Source of the DNA: the human T2T-CHM13v2.0 reference genome, Homo sapiens
Strand: one strand, 5' to 3'
Assembly: GCF_009914755.1 (NCBI RefSeq)
Contig: NC_060926.1
Length of the DNA stretch: 64,000 nucleotides
Shown: piece after piece, positions 14,264 through 31,680 of the stretch
How the letters are laid out: the number at the start of each line of letters is the position of its first letter
Position numbering within the stretch: the stretch's first letter is position 1
Notes under the pieces: model-generated
Seen by the model: the letters and a program-made list of their open reading frames with translations, nothing else
Told to the model about the DNA's origin: nothing
Databases searched by the model: none
Made by a program: the position numbers and the translations under genes

Positions 14264-15476
14264 TTAAGGACTGGGCTGCCTCTGCCTTCCTGTGCCAACT
14301 TGATACAGCAATAATTGCTCTGTCTCAGGAATAATTGCTTCTCCCTCAGGAATATCTCCAAGGTGCCTGCCCATTGCTCCTGAATTCCCACCAGAGATGG
14401 TGCTTTTACACACCATTGCAGGGCCTGAGTGCAGAATTTCCCTGTTGCCCTTTCCAGTTCCACCCAACTTGACCCCCACCACCTTCCCACAATGCTGGAC
14501 CACAGGACCCAGATCATTAAGTTGCTCCCTGGCCTAGCTAATTGCCTGGGACAATGGATTACTTTTCTGATTGAAAAAGATCAAGTATAAACCCTATTGC
14601 TATCACCACAGAGAGATCTTACCTGCAAGCAAGAACTATTGGCCTGAAGTTCGGCCTACACAATCCAATACAAAATTTACTGGCAGAAGTGCATAGCATT
14701 TGGAAACAAGATAAGTTTCACATAACATTTGCTACCACCATCTTCCATGACACCTCAGCTTCTCAGGAGGACATGAGTCTGCTCACCCACCTGGTACACC
14801 ACTACTACAACCAACATTTGAGAAAGCTACCACCCTAAGGCTATTTATAACCAAGGAAATTCCACAGATTCTTTGCCGTTGAACACACCTAGAAGCAAAG
14901 CCAAATGGCTCTACTCAGTATACATCATAGACACATTCTCAAGAAAAAAATAAAAGTCCTGCCCCCAAGAAAATAAATTCAAAAATAAGAAGTGACTGTT
15001 TCTCCAAATGCAAATAAATTAGTGTAATAACATAGGAATATGAAAAAGTAATGTGTAATGATACACATAAAGAAACACAGTAATTCTCTAGCGACATGTC
15101 CTAACTAAAAAGAAATACTCAATATTCCAGATAAAGAGTTCAAAATATTGATTTTTAAAGAAGATCAATGAGTTGCAAGAGAAATCTGAAAACCAATACA
15201 AAGAAATCGGAGAATCAATTCAGGATATAAATGAGAAATTTACCAAGGAGACAGATATCTTAAAAACAAACACACAGAACTTCTGGAAATGAAAAGTTCA
15301 TTGAAAGGATTACAAAATACAATGGAAAGTTTCAACAATAGATGAGACCAAAAAGAAAAGAGCATTTTGGAACGTGAAGACAGGTCTTTTGAATTAATCG
15401 AGTCAGACAAAAGTGAAAAAGAAGAAAAAGAAATGAAGAAGGCCTTTGAGAAGTACAGGATTACTTCTCAGGTTAG

Positions 15477-15698
15477 CAAGCTTTTCTAACCTGTGGCCCA
15501 TGGGCTGCATGCGGCCCAGGACAGCTTTGAATGTGGCCCAACACAAATTCGTAAACTTTCTGAAAACATTATGAGATTTTTTTTCAATTTTTTAAAACTC
15601 ATCAGCTATTGTTATTGTTAATGTATTTTATTTATAGCTCCTGACAATTATTCTTCTTCCAATGTGGCCCAGGGAAGCCAAAAGATTGGACACCTCTG
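15477..15698 (-). mobile_element. MER30 (hAT-Charlie non-autonomous) in L1 ORF1
   Basis: CAAGCTTTTCTAACC...GGCCCAGGGAAGCCAAAAGATTGGACACCTCTG matches the reverse of the recalled MER30 consensus. Confidence 0.9.
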
Positions 15699-18600
15699 AC
15701 ATAAAGTGACTGAACTTACATATCATTGGTATTCACAAGAGAGAAGAAAAAGCAAAAAGTTTGGAAAACCTATTTAAGGAAGTAATTGATGAAAACTTCA
15801 CTAGGCTAGCAATATATTTAGAAATCTAGATACAAGAGGACCAACAAACACCAGAAAATATGCAGCAAGATGGACTTCCAAACTACATATACTCATTGGA
15901 ATGTCTAAAGTCAACACAAAGGAAAAAAATTCTAAAATCAGCAAGAGAAAAGCATCTAGACACCTATAAAGGAAACTCTATCAGACCAAGAGCAACTTTC
16001 CAGCAGAAACCTTATAAATCAAAAAAGATTGGATCCTATTTTCAAAGTGCTTAAAGAAAAAACTGCCAACCCCAAATTTTATATCTTGCCAGAATAAGCT
16101 TCATAAATGAAAAAGAAATAGTTTTTCTCAGACAAGCAAACACTGAGGAATTTATCACCAGCTCTACTAGAAATGCTCAAATGAGTTCTAAACATGGGAA
16201 AGAAAGGTTGATATTTGCCATCATTAAAACACATTAAAGGATAAGATTATCAGGTTTTATAACACAATTACCCAAAGGAAGAAGAGAAAGAAATCAAATG
16301 GTAGCATAACAGGACTCCACCAAACCAGAAAGACAAACGGAGGGGAAAAAAAAGAATCTACAAAACAACTAGATAACAATTAATATTTTGACAGTCAGAA
16401 AACCTCACATACAAATAATAACCTTGAATGTAAATGGATTAAATTCTCCACTTAAAAGATATAGATTGGCAGAATTGATATTAATAAAACCCCAAAACCA
16501 ACTACATGCTGCTTACTGGTAAAAAAAAAAGATATTCCATGCAAACAGAGAGCAGAGGCAAGCAGGAGTAGCTATACTTATATCAGATAACACATACATT
16601 AAATCAGAAACTGTAAAAAAAAAGAAAAAGTCATTATATAATGATAAAGGGATTAATTCAATAAGAGTATATATCAGTCCTAAATATATATGCACCAAAC
16701 ACCAGAGGACACAGATTCATAAAACAAATATTACTAGACCTAAAGAAAGAGATAGCAACACAATAAGTGCAGGATTTCAACACCCTACGGACACACTATA
16801 AAGATTATAGAGACAGAAAAACAACAAAGAAACACTGGACTTCAATGAAACTTTAGACCAAATGGACCTAACATACATTTATAGAACATTTTACTCAACA
16901 ACCTCAAAATATACATTTTTCTCATCAGCGCATGCAGCATTCTCCAAGATAGACCATATGTTAGGCCACAAAACAAGTCTCAACAAATTAAAAAAAATAG
17001 TAACTTTATCAAGTGTCTTCTCTAACTATAGTAAAATGAAACTAGAAGTTAATACCAAGCAGAACTCTTGAAACTATAGAAATACATAGCAATTTAAAAA
17101 CATGCTGCTAAATGATCTTTGAGTCAATGATAAAATTAAATTAATAATTTTTTTGAAATGAAGGAATATGAAAACACAACATATCAAAACCTTTGGGATA
17201 CAGCAAAAGCAGTGCTCAGAGGCAAGTTGATAGGGTTAAATGGCTGCATTAAAAGAAGAAAGATCACAAAATAACAACCTCACATCACATTTGAAGGAAC
17301 TAGAAAATCAAGATCAAACCAAATCCAAAGGTGGCAGAAGAAAGGACAAAGATCAGATCAGAACCAAATGCAATTGAGACCAAGTTAAAAAATAACAGAA
17401 GATCAACAAAATGGAAAATTTGTTTTTTGAAAAGATAAACAAAATTGATAAACCACTAGCTAGATTAACCAAGAAAAGAAGTGAGAAGATCCAAATAAAT
17501 GTAATCAGAAATGAAAACGAAGACATTACAACTGTTACCACAGAAATAAAAAAGATCACCGGAGACAACCATGAACAACCACATGTTCATGAATTAGAAA
17601 ATCTAGAGTAAATGGCTAAATTCCTGGGAACATACAAATTTCCAAGATTGAACTAGGAATAAATAAAAATCCTAAACAGACCAATAATGAGTAATGAGAT
17701 TGAATCAGTAATAAAAAATAATCTCCCAACAAATAAAAGCCCAGGAGAAGATAGTTTGAAATTCTGGTTGCTGAATTTTACCAGTTGTACAAAGAAAAAC
17801 TGAAACCCATCCTCCAGAAACTCTTTCAAAAAATTGAGGTGGTGGGAATCTTTCATAATTCATTCTATTAGGCCAGTATCTCCCTGATACCAAAGACCAG
17901 AGAGGACAGCACTAAAATAGAAAAGTATAGACAAATATCCCGAGTGAACAAAGATACAAAAATCCTCAACAAAATAATAGCTAATCATATCCAAGAGCAC
18001 TCCAAAAAGATAATACACCATGATCAAGTGGTTCCCCCACTGCCAGGGATACCAGGATTGTTCAGCATTTGCAAATCAATAAATATGGTTCATCACACAA
18101 ACAAAATTAAGGACAAAACCATATGATAATCTTAATAAATGCAGAAAGAAGCATTTGATAATTTCCAGCATCATTTCGCTATAAACACCCTCACAAACTA
18201 GTCATAGAAGGAACATATCTTCTATAATAATAAAGGGCATATATGACAAATCCATGACCAACATCGTACTGATCTGGGAAGAGTTTGAAGCAATCCCTCT
18301 AAGAACTAGAACAAGACAAGAATGTGCACTTTGGCCAATCCTATTCAACTTAGAATGGAAGTCCTAGCCAGAACAATCAGACGAGAAAGAATTAAAAGGC
18401 ATCCATGTTGGAAAAAAGGAAGTCAAATTGTTTCTATTCATTGATGATCTTATACTTGATTAGAAAATTCTAAAGATTCCTCCAAAAACTCTTAGAATTG
18501 ATAAATGTATTTAGTAAAGTTTTATTATACAAAATCAATTTACAAAAATCTGTAGCATTTCTCTGCACCAGTAATGGTTGAGCTAAAAATGAAATCAAGA

Positions 18601-19011
18601 ATGTAATCTCATTTACAATAGCTACAGAAGAAAAAATAGTTAGTAATATATTTAACCAAGGAGATGAAATATCCCTACAAGGGAAATTACAAAATACTGA
18701 TGAAAGAAATTGTGGATGACACAAACAAATGGAAAAACATCCCATGCTCATGGAGTGGAAAAATTAATGGTATTAAAATGACCATATACCCAAAGCAATC
18801 TACAGATTTAATACAATTCCTATCAAAATACCAATGTCATTATAAAGAATTATAAAGTATAATCTTAAAATTTATATGGAATCATAAAAGAGCCCAAATA
18901 GCTAAATAAATTCTAAGCAAAAAGAATAAAACTGGAGGTACTGCATTACCTAACCTCACATTTTACCACAAGGCTATGGCAACCCAAACAGCATTGGGAA
19001 AGGACACTCTT

Positions 19012-19372
<361 letters not shown>

Positions 19373-22004
19373 TAGCCGGATGCAGAAGGATAAAACTAGA
19401 CTCCTATCTCTCAGCATATAGAAAAATCAACTCAAGTTGGATTAAAGTCTTAAATATAAGACCTGATACTATTAAAATACTAGAAAAAGACCTAGGAAAA
19501 ATACTTCTGGACATTGATTTACGCAAGGAATTTATGACTAAGACCTCAATAGCACAAGTAATAAAAACAAAAATAGATAAGTGGGACTTAATTAAACTAA
19601 ATAGCTTCTGCCCAGCAAAGGAAATAATTAACAGAGTTAACAGACAACTTGCAGAATAGGAGAAAGTATTTGCAAACTATGCATCTGATAGGGGACTGAT
19701 ATCCAGAATTTATAGGGAACTCAAACAACAATCAAAAGAAAACCATTAAAAAGTAGGCAAATAAATAGATATTTTTCAAAAGAAGATATATAAATGGCTA
19801 ACAAGCATAGAAAAGATGCTCAACATTACTAATCATCAGGGAACTGCAAATTAAAACCACAATGATATGTCATCTGACGTAAGTCAGAATATGGCCAGTT
19901 ATAAAATGGAAAAAATATAATAGACTTTGTGAGGATGCAGAGAATAGTGAAGAAACATTTAGACACTGTTTATGGGAATGTAAATTAATACAACCACTAT
20001 GAAAAGCTGTATGGAGACATCTCAAAGAACTAGAAATAGAACTACCATTCAATCCAGCAATCCCACTACTAGGTATCTACCCAAAAGAAAAGAAATTATC
20101 ATATAAAAAAGACACCTACACTTGTATGGTTATTGCAGCACTATTCATAATAGGACAGATATGTAATCAACCTAAGTGTCCATCAGTGATGAATAAATAA
20201 AGAAAATAATGTACATATTTTCTTTATCCAATGGAATGCTATGGAATACTATTCAGCCATAAAGAATGAAATTGTGTCTCTTGTAGCAACATGGATATGT
20301 AATACTGTATACTTATGATACCATATCATTAAAAGGATATGATGTCATTGTCTTAAGTGAATTGCAGGTCATTATCTTAGGTGAAACAATGCAGAAACAG
20401 AAAGTCAAATGCTGTATGGTCTCACTTATAAGTGAGTGCTAAAAAATGTATGCACACGTACATAGTGTGGAATAATAGACATTGGAGCCTGGGAAAGGTG
20501 GGTGAGTGGAAGCAGGGGTGAGGGATAAGAAATTACTTAATGGGTACAATGTACATTATTCAATTACTGGTTACGCTGAAAGGCCCGACTTCACCTTTAC
20601 ATGATATATCCATGTAACAAAACTGCACGTGTAACTCTTTAATTTATACAAATAAGAAGAGAAAATATTGTAATCCTGTTAGAAAAAAATGTAAGAAGTT
20701 AATATTTAAAAAGCAAAGGGATAAAAGAATTTAAAGATACCAATTATTCTCTTTAGTTATTGAACATTTTTCATCCATATGGAGCTCAATATAATTTAGT
20801 TTAATATTTATTAAATCTAAAATGACTGATAAAAGACACATTGTTCAGGACAGAAAACAATCTGAACTCACTTTACTATAGCAAATTATCAGTTTTAATG
20901 TGTTCCATTAAATAACGTAGACATAAAATATGTATTAAGGGTCAACGTTAATCATCTTAATATATATGCCAAGGCTGTCTTTATAATCCCGGTACTACTT
21001 GCTATCTATATAATTTTGGACAGTTAACTTAAGCCTGGTCTTTGGAACTAGTTCATGTTTCATTTAGTTACACCATATTCCCCAGATATTCCTTTTATTC
21101 TTCATATTACTTAGATGTCTTTTAATTCCTATATACTCATTAACTTAGATGACTGAGAACTACACTAAGTAATGCTCAAATTTCTAGTCAGATGTAGCCA
21201 AAAGTACATTGGGCTTGCAGTCAGAAGCCCTGAGTTTCAGTCCAAGCTGTTATTTATTAGGTGTTTAATGTTAAATCATTTAATCACATTTTTCTACAGC
21301 TTCTTCATCCGTGGTGTGTAGGATGTAAGTAGGAATAAATTGGGCAATTAAAAACAATTTCTAGCGGTTTTCACATTTAAGAGTGAGGAGAAATATGTGT
21401 GGCTAACGGATTGGGTAGAGTGGGATGATGCAAAAGATTAGTCTTGTTTTCCTCTGAAAGCAGTTAAATTTATTTGTTCCCCATATGGCAAGCAATGGGG
21501 ATTTGGGGGCAGTTAGAAAAATGTGTAATACTGTAGACTTATGATAGCATGTCATTATATCTACACAATTAACACAAATAAAACTTCTGTTAATATAATT
21601 GTATCATTGGATTATTTTACTCTTATCATTCCATTAAATTTGTTTCAATGTATTGTCCAGTCAAGTAGCTCATGAGTTTATTTGAGGGTTGGAAATACTG
21701 ATTTTATTGTATTATATTTTATACTTCATATTACCCACACCTTATAATTGTATATATTTAATAAATCTTGAGAAATTAAATTATATGAATTCACTTTCTT
21801 TAAAAATATGTAGCTTATTAATAGCAAATCTTTATCTTAAATAATGTTTCTTTCCAAATACCATTTAATTTATTTTCAAATAATTCTAAATTTCTTCTCT
21901 TTTATGGGAACATTTGCATTGGGTGTCACTAGTGGCACTCCTGTAATAAATCTTTTAGATATTTTTAATTTCCAGTGTTTTAATTCTCAGTATATGACAT
22001 GTAA

Positions 22005-22312
<308 letters not shown>

Positions 22313-22349
22313 AAAAATGAGAAACTCTTAGTCTTTAAGCATTGTTATG

Positions 22350-22570
22350 AAAGGTAAGAGATTTAGAATCACATTGCCCATGCCTTATCTCTTACTAACT
22401 TTGGGACCCTGGGAAAATTAATTTATCTGACCTTCAAGGCTCTTATTTATAAAATCAGCATTATAATATCCCATTTTTGAAAATAACTTTTAACGGGTTA
22501 AATAATGAAACGGCTTCAAAGCATTTAGTCAGGTGCTTAGCACATGGTAAACCTTTATGTTGTTACTACT
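22350..22570 (+). mobile_element. MIR
   Basis: CTTACTAACTTTGGGACCCTGGGAAAATTAATT...AAAGCATTTAG...GCACATGGTAAAC. Confidence 0.6.
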
Positions 22571-22984
22571 AATAAAATCCTCCTGCATTTTAAAGTAGTT
22601 TCCTAAAAAAATCTTTTGCCTCTGAATTTTGTAAGCTTTTTGTTCTCACTTATTTCAACACAAATTCAGCCATTATAGGGGTGACTTCAATGCCCTCACA
22701 AATGATTCATTAATACCTCAGTCTTACAGATGTTTGACTTATTCTGCTACAGTGACCTTTACTTTTTACCCCAATCCCACAATCATTCCTCAATATTATA
22801 CTTTTTTAAAAACATACTCAGAGAAACATGGATGTTTGAGCTAAAAACAAAATGCAATAAACTTAATTTACTTTGGTATCAAAGTGCTCTCCCTGCGTAT
22901 TTATATTATTCTTCCTGCTCTTTCTTTCAATGAGTAAGCAGAAAGTATAGGTAGTTTTCATTAGTTAATACAGTAAATAGCTCT

Positions 22985-23490
22985 GTCGCTCTTAAACTAG
23001 GTTCTTTTGGTTGCAAGTGGCAGAAACCCATCTCAAACCAAGTCAAAACTCATTTCAGAGTAGCTTAGTTTTAGCTAAAAGATGGAAAATTATTGATTAA
23101 TGTTACAGAGAGGCCCAGTGCTGGTTTTGGATTTAGGGATGGTTGCATCTGAGAGGTTCAGGCAGTGTTGCTTACTTTGTCTCTCTTTAGCTCTTTATGT
23201 CTCCTTTTCTGTCTTTGCCTTTCAATCTACCTTAACGTTTTGGCTTTTTTGCCTGTTATCTTTTATTTTTAGACAAGTACTAGAAGGAAGACTCCTGGCT
23301 ATCTTAGCCCTATATTTATAGATACCAGAAAAAGTGGTAACCTATTATTAATAGCTCTGCCAAATAGTCTAGTAAAAACTTTGATTGGCTCTGCTTAGGT
23401 CATGTGCCAATTTTTGAAATAGACAACAATGGCCAGGAGTGGGGAGTATTCTGATAGGCCATGCCTGGTTCATGTGTTCAATTCAAGGCG
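22985..23490 (-). mobile_element. Old MLT1 (J/K/L-type) LTR
   Basis: TTTTGGTTGCAAGTGGCAGAAACCCA and TGATTGGC...GGTCATGTGCC motifs. Confidence 0.6.
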
Positions 23491-23504
23491 TGAGGATGTG
23501 AGAT

Positions 23505-23707
23505 TTATTTAAACCTGTGATGGCAAGCTAGGGCCCACTGCTTATTTTTATATAACAAGTTTTATTTGAACATAGATATAGCCATTTATTTACATATTGC
23601 CTATGGCTGCTTTCACACTAAAATGGTTACAGTACTGACAATGTTACCCACAAAGCTTAAAATATTTGCTGTCTGGTTCTTTACAGAAGATGTTTACTAC
23701 TGTTCTA
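23505..23707 (+). mobile_element. MER58A-like hAT element
   Basis: CCATTTATTTACATATTGCCTATGGCTGCTTTCAC...AAAATATTTGCTGTCTGGTTCTTTACAGAA. Confidence 0.7.
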
Positions 23708-24860
23708 GGTAGAGTTCAAAGATGATCCCCAATAACTCACGTCCTTATACTGTGAGCAAAACCTTCCCCTTGATTGTGGGCAAAACCTGTAAGTATGACG
23801 AGATGGTACTCCTGGGATTATGTTACTTTATATGTAAAAGGGGATTTTTACAGATGTAATTAGTACCCCCAATCAACTGAGTTAATGAAAAGAGGCTATC
23901 TTGCATAGGTCTAACCTAATCAGATGCATTTTTAAAAAGAGAGTGTAGAAATTAGAAATGGAGGCAGTCAGAGAGACTGTCTCCTAATGGCCTGTAAGAA
24001 GGTAAACATTTATATTGTTAACTTTCTGTGGCGCCATGTGACAAGGGACTGTGGGTAACTACAGGGAGCTGATTGTTCCCTGGATGATAGCTGGCAAGAA
24101 AACTGGAACCTCAGTCATCACAGCTGCAAGAAAATTAATTTGGCTAACCTTGGATGAAGACTCGGAGACTCAGATGAGAATTGCAACCTGGTTAACACCT
24201 TGATTTCAGCCTGGGGAGATCATGAATAGAGAATCCAGTCAATTCCTACTCACACTCCTGACCCATGGTAACTGTGAGATGATAAATTTGTGTTATTTTA
24301 AACCAATAATTTTGTGATAATTTGTTACTCAGTAACATAAAATTGACATAGACTGTTGTACCTGAAGTTGGAATGCTTCTGTAAATATCTTAAAAAGGGG
24401 AGCGGCTTTGGAACCAGGCAGTCTGTGGAGGCTTTGGATTTTTAAGAAGTATGATAAAGAATATCTAAATTGCCTTAAACAGACCATTAGTAGAGATAAG
24501 GATGTTGAGAATACTCATGGTCAGGACTTAGAAAGAAGTAAGGAAATTGTTATTTAAAACTGGAAGAAGGGGAACTATCATTATGTTGTGGCAGAAAGCT
24601 TAATGGAATTATGTCCTGCAGTTAAGTGGAAAGCAGAACTTGTAAATGATGAACCTGGATGAAAGGAAATTTCTAAGTATACTGTTCAAGGTGTGGTCTG
24701 TTTTCTTCTTCCTGCTTATGGTAAAAATGAAAGAGGAGTAAGATAATTAAGGGAAGAACTGTTCAACAAAAAGGAATGAAGTCTGCATGGTTTTGAAAAT
24801 CCTAAGCCTCTCCAGATGATGAAAGATGCTAAAAGTTAGAAATGGCTATGAAAATTATGA
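23708..24860 (+). mobile_element. MLT1E-type LTR (to ~24350) plus truncated MLT1 internal sequence
   Basis: LTR motifs CCCTTGATTGTGGGC, ACACCTTGATTTCAGCC and AACTGTGAGATGATAAATTTGTG, followed by MaLR-int-like GCGGCTTTGGAACC. Confidence 0.7.
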
Positions 24861-24864
24861 CATT

Positions 24865-26775
<1,911 letters not shown>

Positions 26776-26789
26776 AAGCAAAAGACATT

Positions 26790-28151
<1,362 letters not shown>

Positions 28152-28156
28152 ACTTC

Positions 28157-29600
28157 AGAAGTTGTATATATTTAAGGTGTAAAACATACTGTTTTGATAT
28201 ATATTATGCATAGTAAAATGATTACTACAGTAAAGAATTTTAATCTGTCCAGCACCTTCCATAGTTACCTTTATATTTTGTGGTGAGAGTACCTAATATC
28301 TACTTTCTTAGCAAATTTTTAGTATGCAATATTATTGATTATAGTCCTTATGATTTACATTAGATCTGTAGATTAATTCATCCTATATGTTTGAGCCCTT
28401 TGACCTACTTCTGTCCATTTTCTTTCCCTCCTTGTCACTAGTAACCACCATTGTATTCTCTGTTTCTGTTTTCAACTTTTCTTTAGATTCTACATATAAG
28501 TGATATCATACTTATGTATGATGTTGTAATTCTGTGTCTGGCTTATTTCAGTTAGTGTAGTGTCCTTCAAATTCATCCATGTTGTCATAAATGACTGATC
28601 TTTTTTTAGGGCTGAATAATATTCCATTGTATATGTATTCCACAATTTCTTTATTCATTAATCTGTCAGTAGACACCTATGTTGTTTCCATATCTTTGTT
28701 ATTGTGAATAATGCTGAAATGAATATGGGAGCACAGATATCTTTATGAGGTGCTGATTTCATTACCTTTGGGCATATACCCAGCAGAAGGATTGCTGGGT
28801 CATATGGTTTGTTCTACTTCACTTGTTTTAGTTTATTTATTTTTAGATAATAGCTATCATGAGAAGTGTGAAGCAATGTCTCAGTGCTTTAGGTGGGAGC
28901 ATGAAAGTTGTGGTGCTTGATGCATGCACAAGTGTTTCCAGGGAGATTTTGCAGACCTGGATTTACCACTGGAGCAAGCTGGAGGAGAGGTGTGGGAAGT
29001 ACTCTCACTCCAATTCAGGCTCCTGTAGGTCGATTGTTTATCTGCCTTTTTCTATTAGGCTATTTAAAAGCCTAATAGAAAAAGTGTGCAGATTTCCAAG
29101 GAGAAACTGGGAACTGGACACTTCAGCCTATTCTCTGCACTGATTGTTGGAGGAGGAGTGTGAATAGATCCCCCTGGAAGTACACGTGCATCCATTTAAA
29201 ATCACCTCTTTGTTCTGTAGCCTAGGGAGACACAAACGCTGAATCATTTTCTGTTTTCAGAGTCAGGTGAATTAAGGGCTCAACTCTGTGGGAGGAACTG
29301 TAAACCTTGGGGCTCTGTAAGTGTATTTCACAACCTTTTCTTGTCAAAGAGAAGTTGAGAGTTAGAGGTTCTCTCCTGATTATAAAAAACTGGTCCTGGG
29401 GTGGAGTTTGTGGCATATGTGTGTCTCAGCTTTTCCTTCCTTTTTTGATGCAGATATTTTATCAGTTTCCCAGTTTTTAGGGGTTTATCAACTAGTTTTG
29501 AGATTTGTCCTAGAGGGAATTGACCTATAAATAACTGTTTACTTAGTACATCCATAAGAGGAGGGAAAGTCAAGAATTTCCTATTCTGCCATCTTGCTGA
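28157..29600 (-). mobile_element. Antisense L1: L1MA8/9-like 3' end (28157-28890) joined to an L1 5'UTR (28890-29600)
   Basis: TTGTATATATTTAAGGTGTAAAAC...CATAGTTACC 3' end; CTATTCTGCCATCTTG is the reverse of the L1 5' terminal motif. Confidence 0.7.
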
Positions 29601-29656
29601 TATTTCAAGAACATCTTTCTGAAGTTCTTAAAATACAACAATAAGAAAACAAACTT

Positions 29657-31020
29657 TTATATTTTGATAGGGATTGCATTAAATTTTGGGTAGTATGGGC
29701 ATTTTAACAATGTTGATTCATCTAATCCATGGACATGAGATATCTTTCCATTTTTTGTTCCCTCTTTTATTTCTTTCATCAATATGTTAGAGTTTTTATT
29801 GTAGCAATTTTTTAAAAAATAGAGAATATTTTTCATAGGAAAAGAAAAAAAATTCTAAAATTTATATGAAACCACAAAATACCCAGAATAGACAGAATAA
29901 TGCTGATCAAAAAGAACAAAGCTGTAGTCATCATACTACCTGGCTTCAAAATATACTACAACACTATAGTAACCCAAACAGTATGGTACTGGCATAAAAA
30001 TAGACATATAGACTAATATTAGAAACAAAAGACAAAATTCAGAAATAAATCCACTCATTTACAGTCAACTCCTTTTTGATAAAGGCACCAAGAACATATA
30101 TTGGAGAAGGGAAATCCTTGTCAATAAATGATGCTGGGAAAACTGAATATCCATATGCAGAAGAATGAAACCGGACCCCTGTCTCTCACCATATATAAAA
30201 ATCAAATTAAGGACAGGCACAGTAATATCACTAAAACACAGGTGACCAAAGCAAAAATGGACAAATGGAATCACACCAAACTAAAAATCTTCTGCGCAAC
30301 AATGAGAACAACCAAACAAAATGAAGAGACAACCTACAGAACGGAAGAAAATACTTGCAAACGATTCAACTGACAAGAGATTAATAACCAGAGTATATAA
30401 GGAATTCAAAAAGTTCAATAGAAAAAACCTCAAGTAATCTGATTAGAAAATGGACAAAGATCAAAAGAAGACATATCAATGACCAACAGATATAGCTGGG
30501 CGTGGCGGCTCATGCCTGTGATCCCAGCACTTTGGGATGCTGAGGCAAGTGGATCACCTGAGGTCAGGAGATCGAGACCAGCCTGGCCAACATGGTGAAA
30601 CTCTCTCTACTAAAAATACAAAAAAATTAGCTGGGCGTAGTGGTGGGCTCCTGTAATCCCAGCTACTTTGGAGGCTGAGGCAGGAGGGAGAATAGCTTGA
30701 ACCCGAGAGGTGGAGGTTGCGGTGAGCCAAAAACATGCCATTGCACTCCAGCCTGGGCGACAAGAGTGAAACTCCGTCTCAAAAAAAATGACCAACAGAT
30801 ATGTGAAAAAATGCTCAACATCACTAATCATCAGATGAATGCAAATCTAAACTACAATAAGATACCATCTCACCTCAGCTAAAATGGCTTTTATATTATC
30901 AAAAAGACAAAAATAAGTGCTGGCAAGGAGGCAGAGAAACTGGAATGCTTGTACACTGTTGGTGGAATGTAAATTAACACAGCTACTATGTGAAACAGTA
31001 TAGAGGTTCCTCAAAAAACC
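29657..31020 (+). mobile_element. L1MA-like ORF2 3' fragment with inverted 5' segment (29657-29810)
   Basis: Antisense TTTGATAGGGATTGCATT...; sense from ~29825 (AATTCTAAAATTTATATG...); ORF fragment KAKMDKWNHTKLKIFC. Confidence 0.8.
30494..30786 (+). mobile_element. AluS (Sq/Sp-like)
   Basis: Perfect 16-bp TSD AATGACCAACAGATAT at 30478-30493 and 30787-30802. Confidence 0.95.
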
Positions 31021-31680
31021 CTGAGGGACCAGAGAACCAAGCTGCAGACCTGGTTCCAGCCCCTTAGGGTTAGAACACACAGCCCAGGAGTGCTCAGCTG
31101 AGGCTTGGACCGCTGAAACCATCCAGAAATGAAGCCAATCAACTAAATCCAACTTACAACATAGTCAAACCCTAAAGAGCATCAAAGAATATAAAAGCAG
31201 AAAGGCCGATTCCAAAGACAGAGACTCCAAAGGTTAAAGGAACATCAGCCCACACAGATACATAAGAAACAGTGCAAGAACTCTGGCAACTCTTAAAGCC
31301 AGAGTATATTCTTACCTTGAAATAACTGCACTAGCTCCTCAGCGATGGTTCATAACCAGACTGAAATGGCTGAAATGACAGACATTGGTTCAGAATCTGG
31401 TTGGCAAGGAAGCTCATCAAGATAAAGAAGAAGGTTGAAACCCAATCCAAGCAAAATAGTAAAATGATTGAAGAGTTTAAAGATGGCATAGCCATTTTAA
31501 GAAAGAGCCAAACTGAACTTCAGGAAATGAAAAAGTCACTACAGGAATTTTGGAATGCAGTTCAAGCATTAATAACAGAATAGACAAAGCTGAGAAAGAA
31601 TCTCAGAGCTCTAATACGGCTCCTTTGAATAAACATAGGCAGACAAAATAAAGTAAAAAGAATTTTAAAAATGAACAATA
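31021..31680 (+). mobile_element. L1PA15/16-like 5'UTR end and ORF1 N-terminal part
   Basis: Translates to ORF1-like NQTEMAEMTDI and ARKLIKIKKKVETQSKQNSKMIEEFKDGIAILRKSQTELQEMK. Confidence 0.75.
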
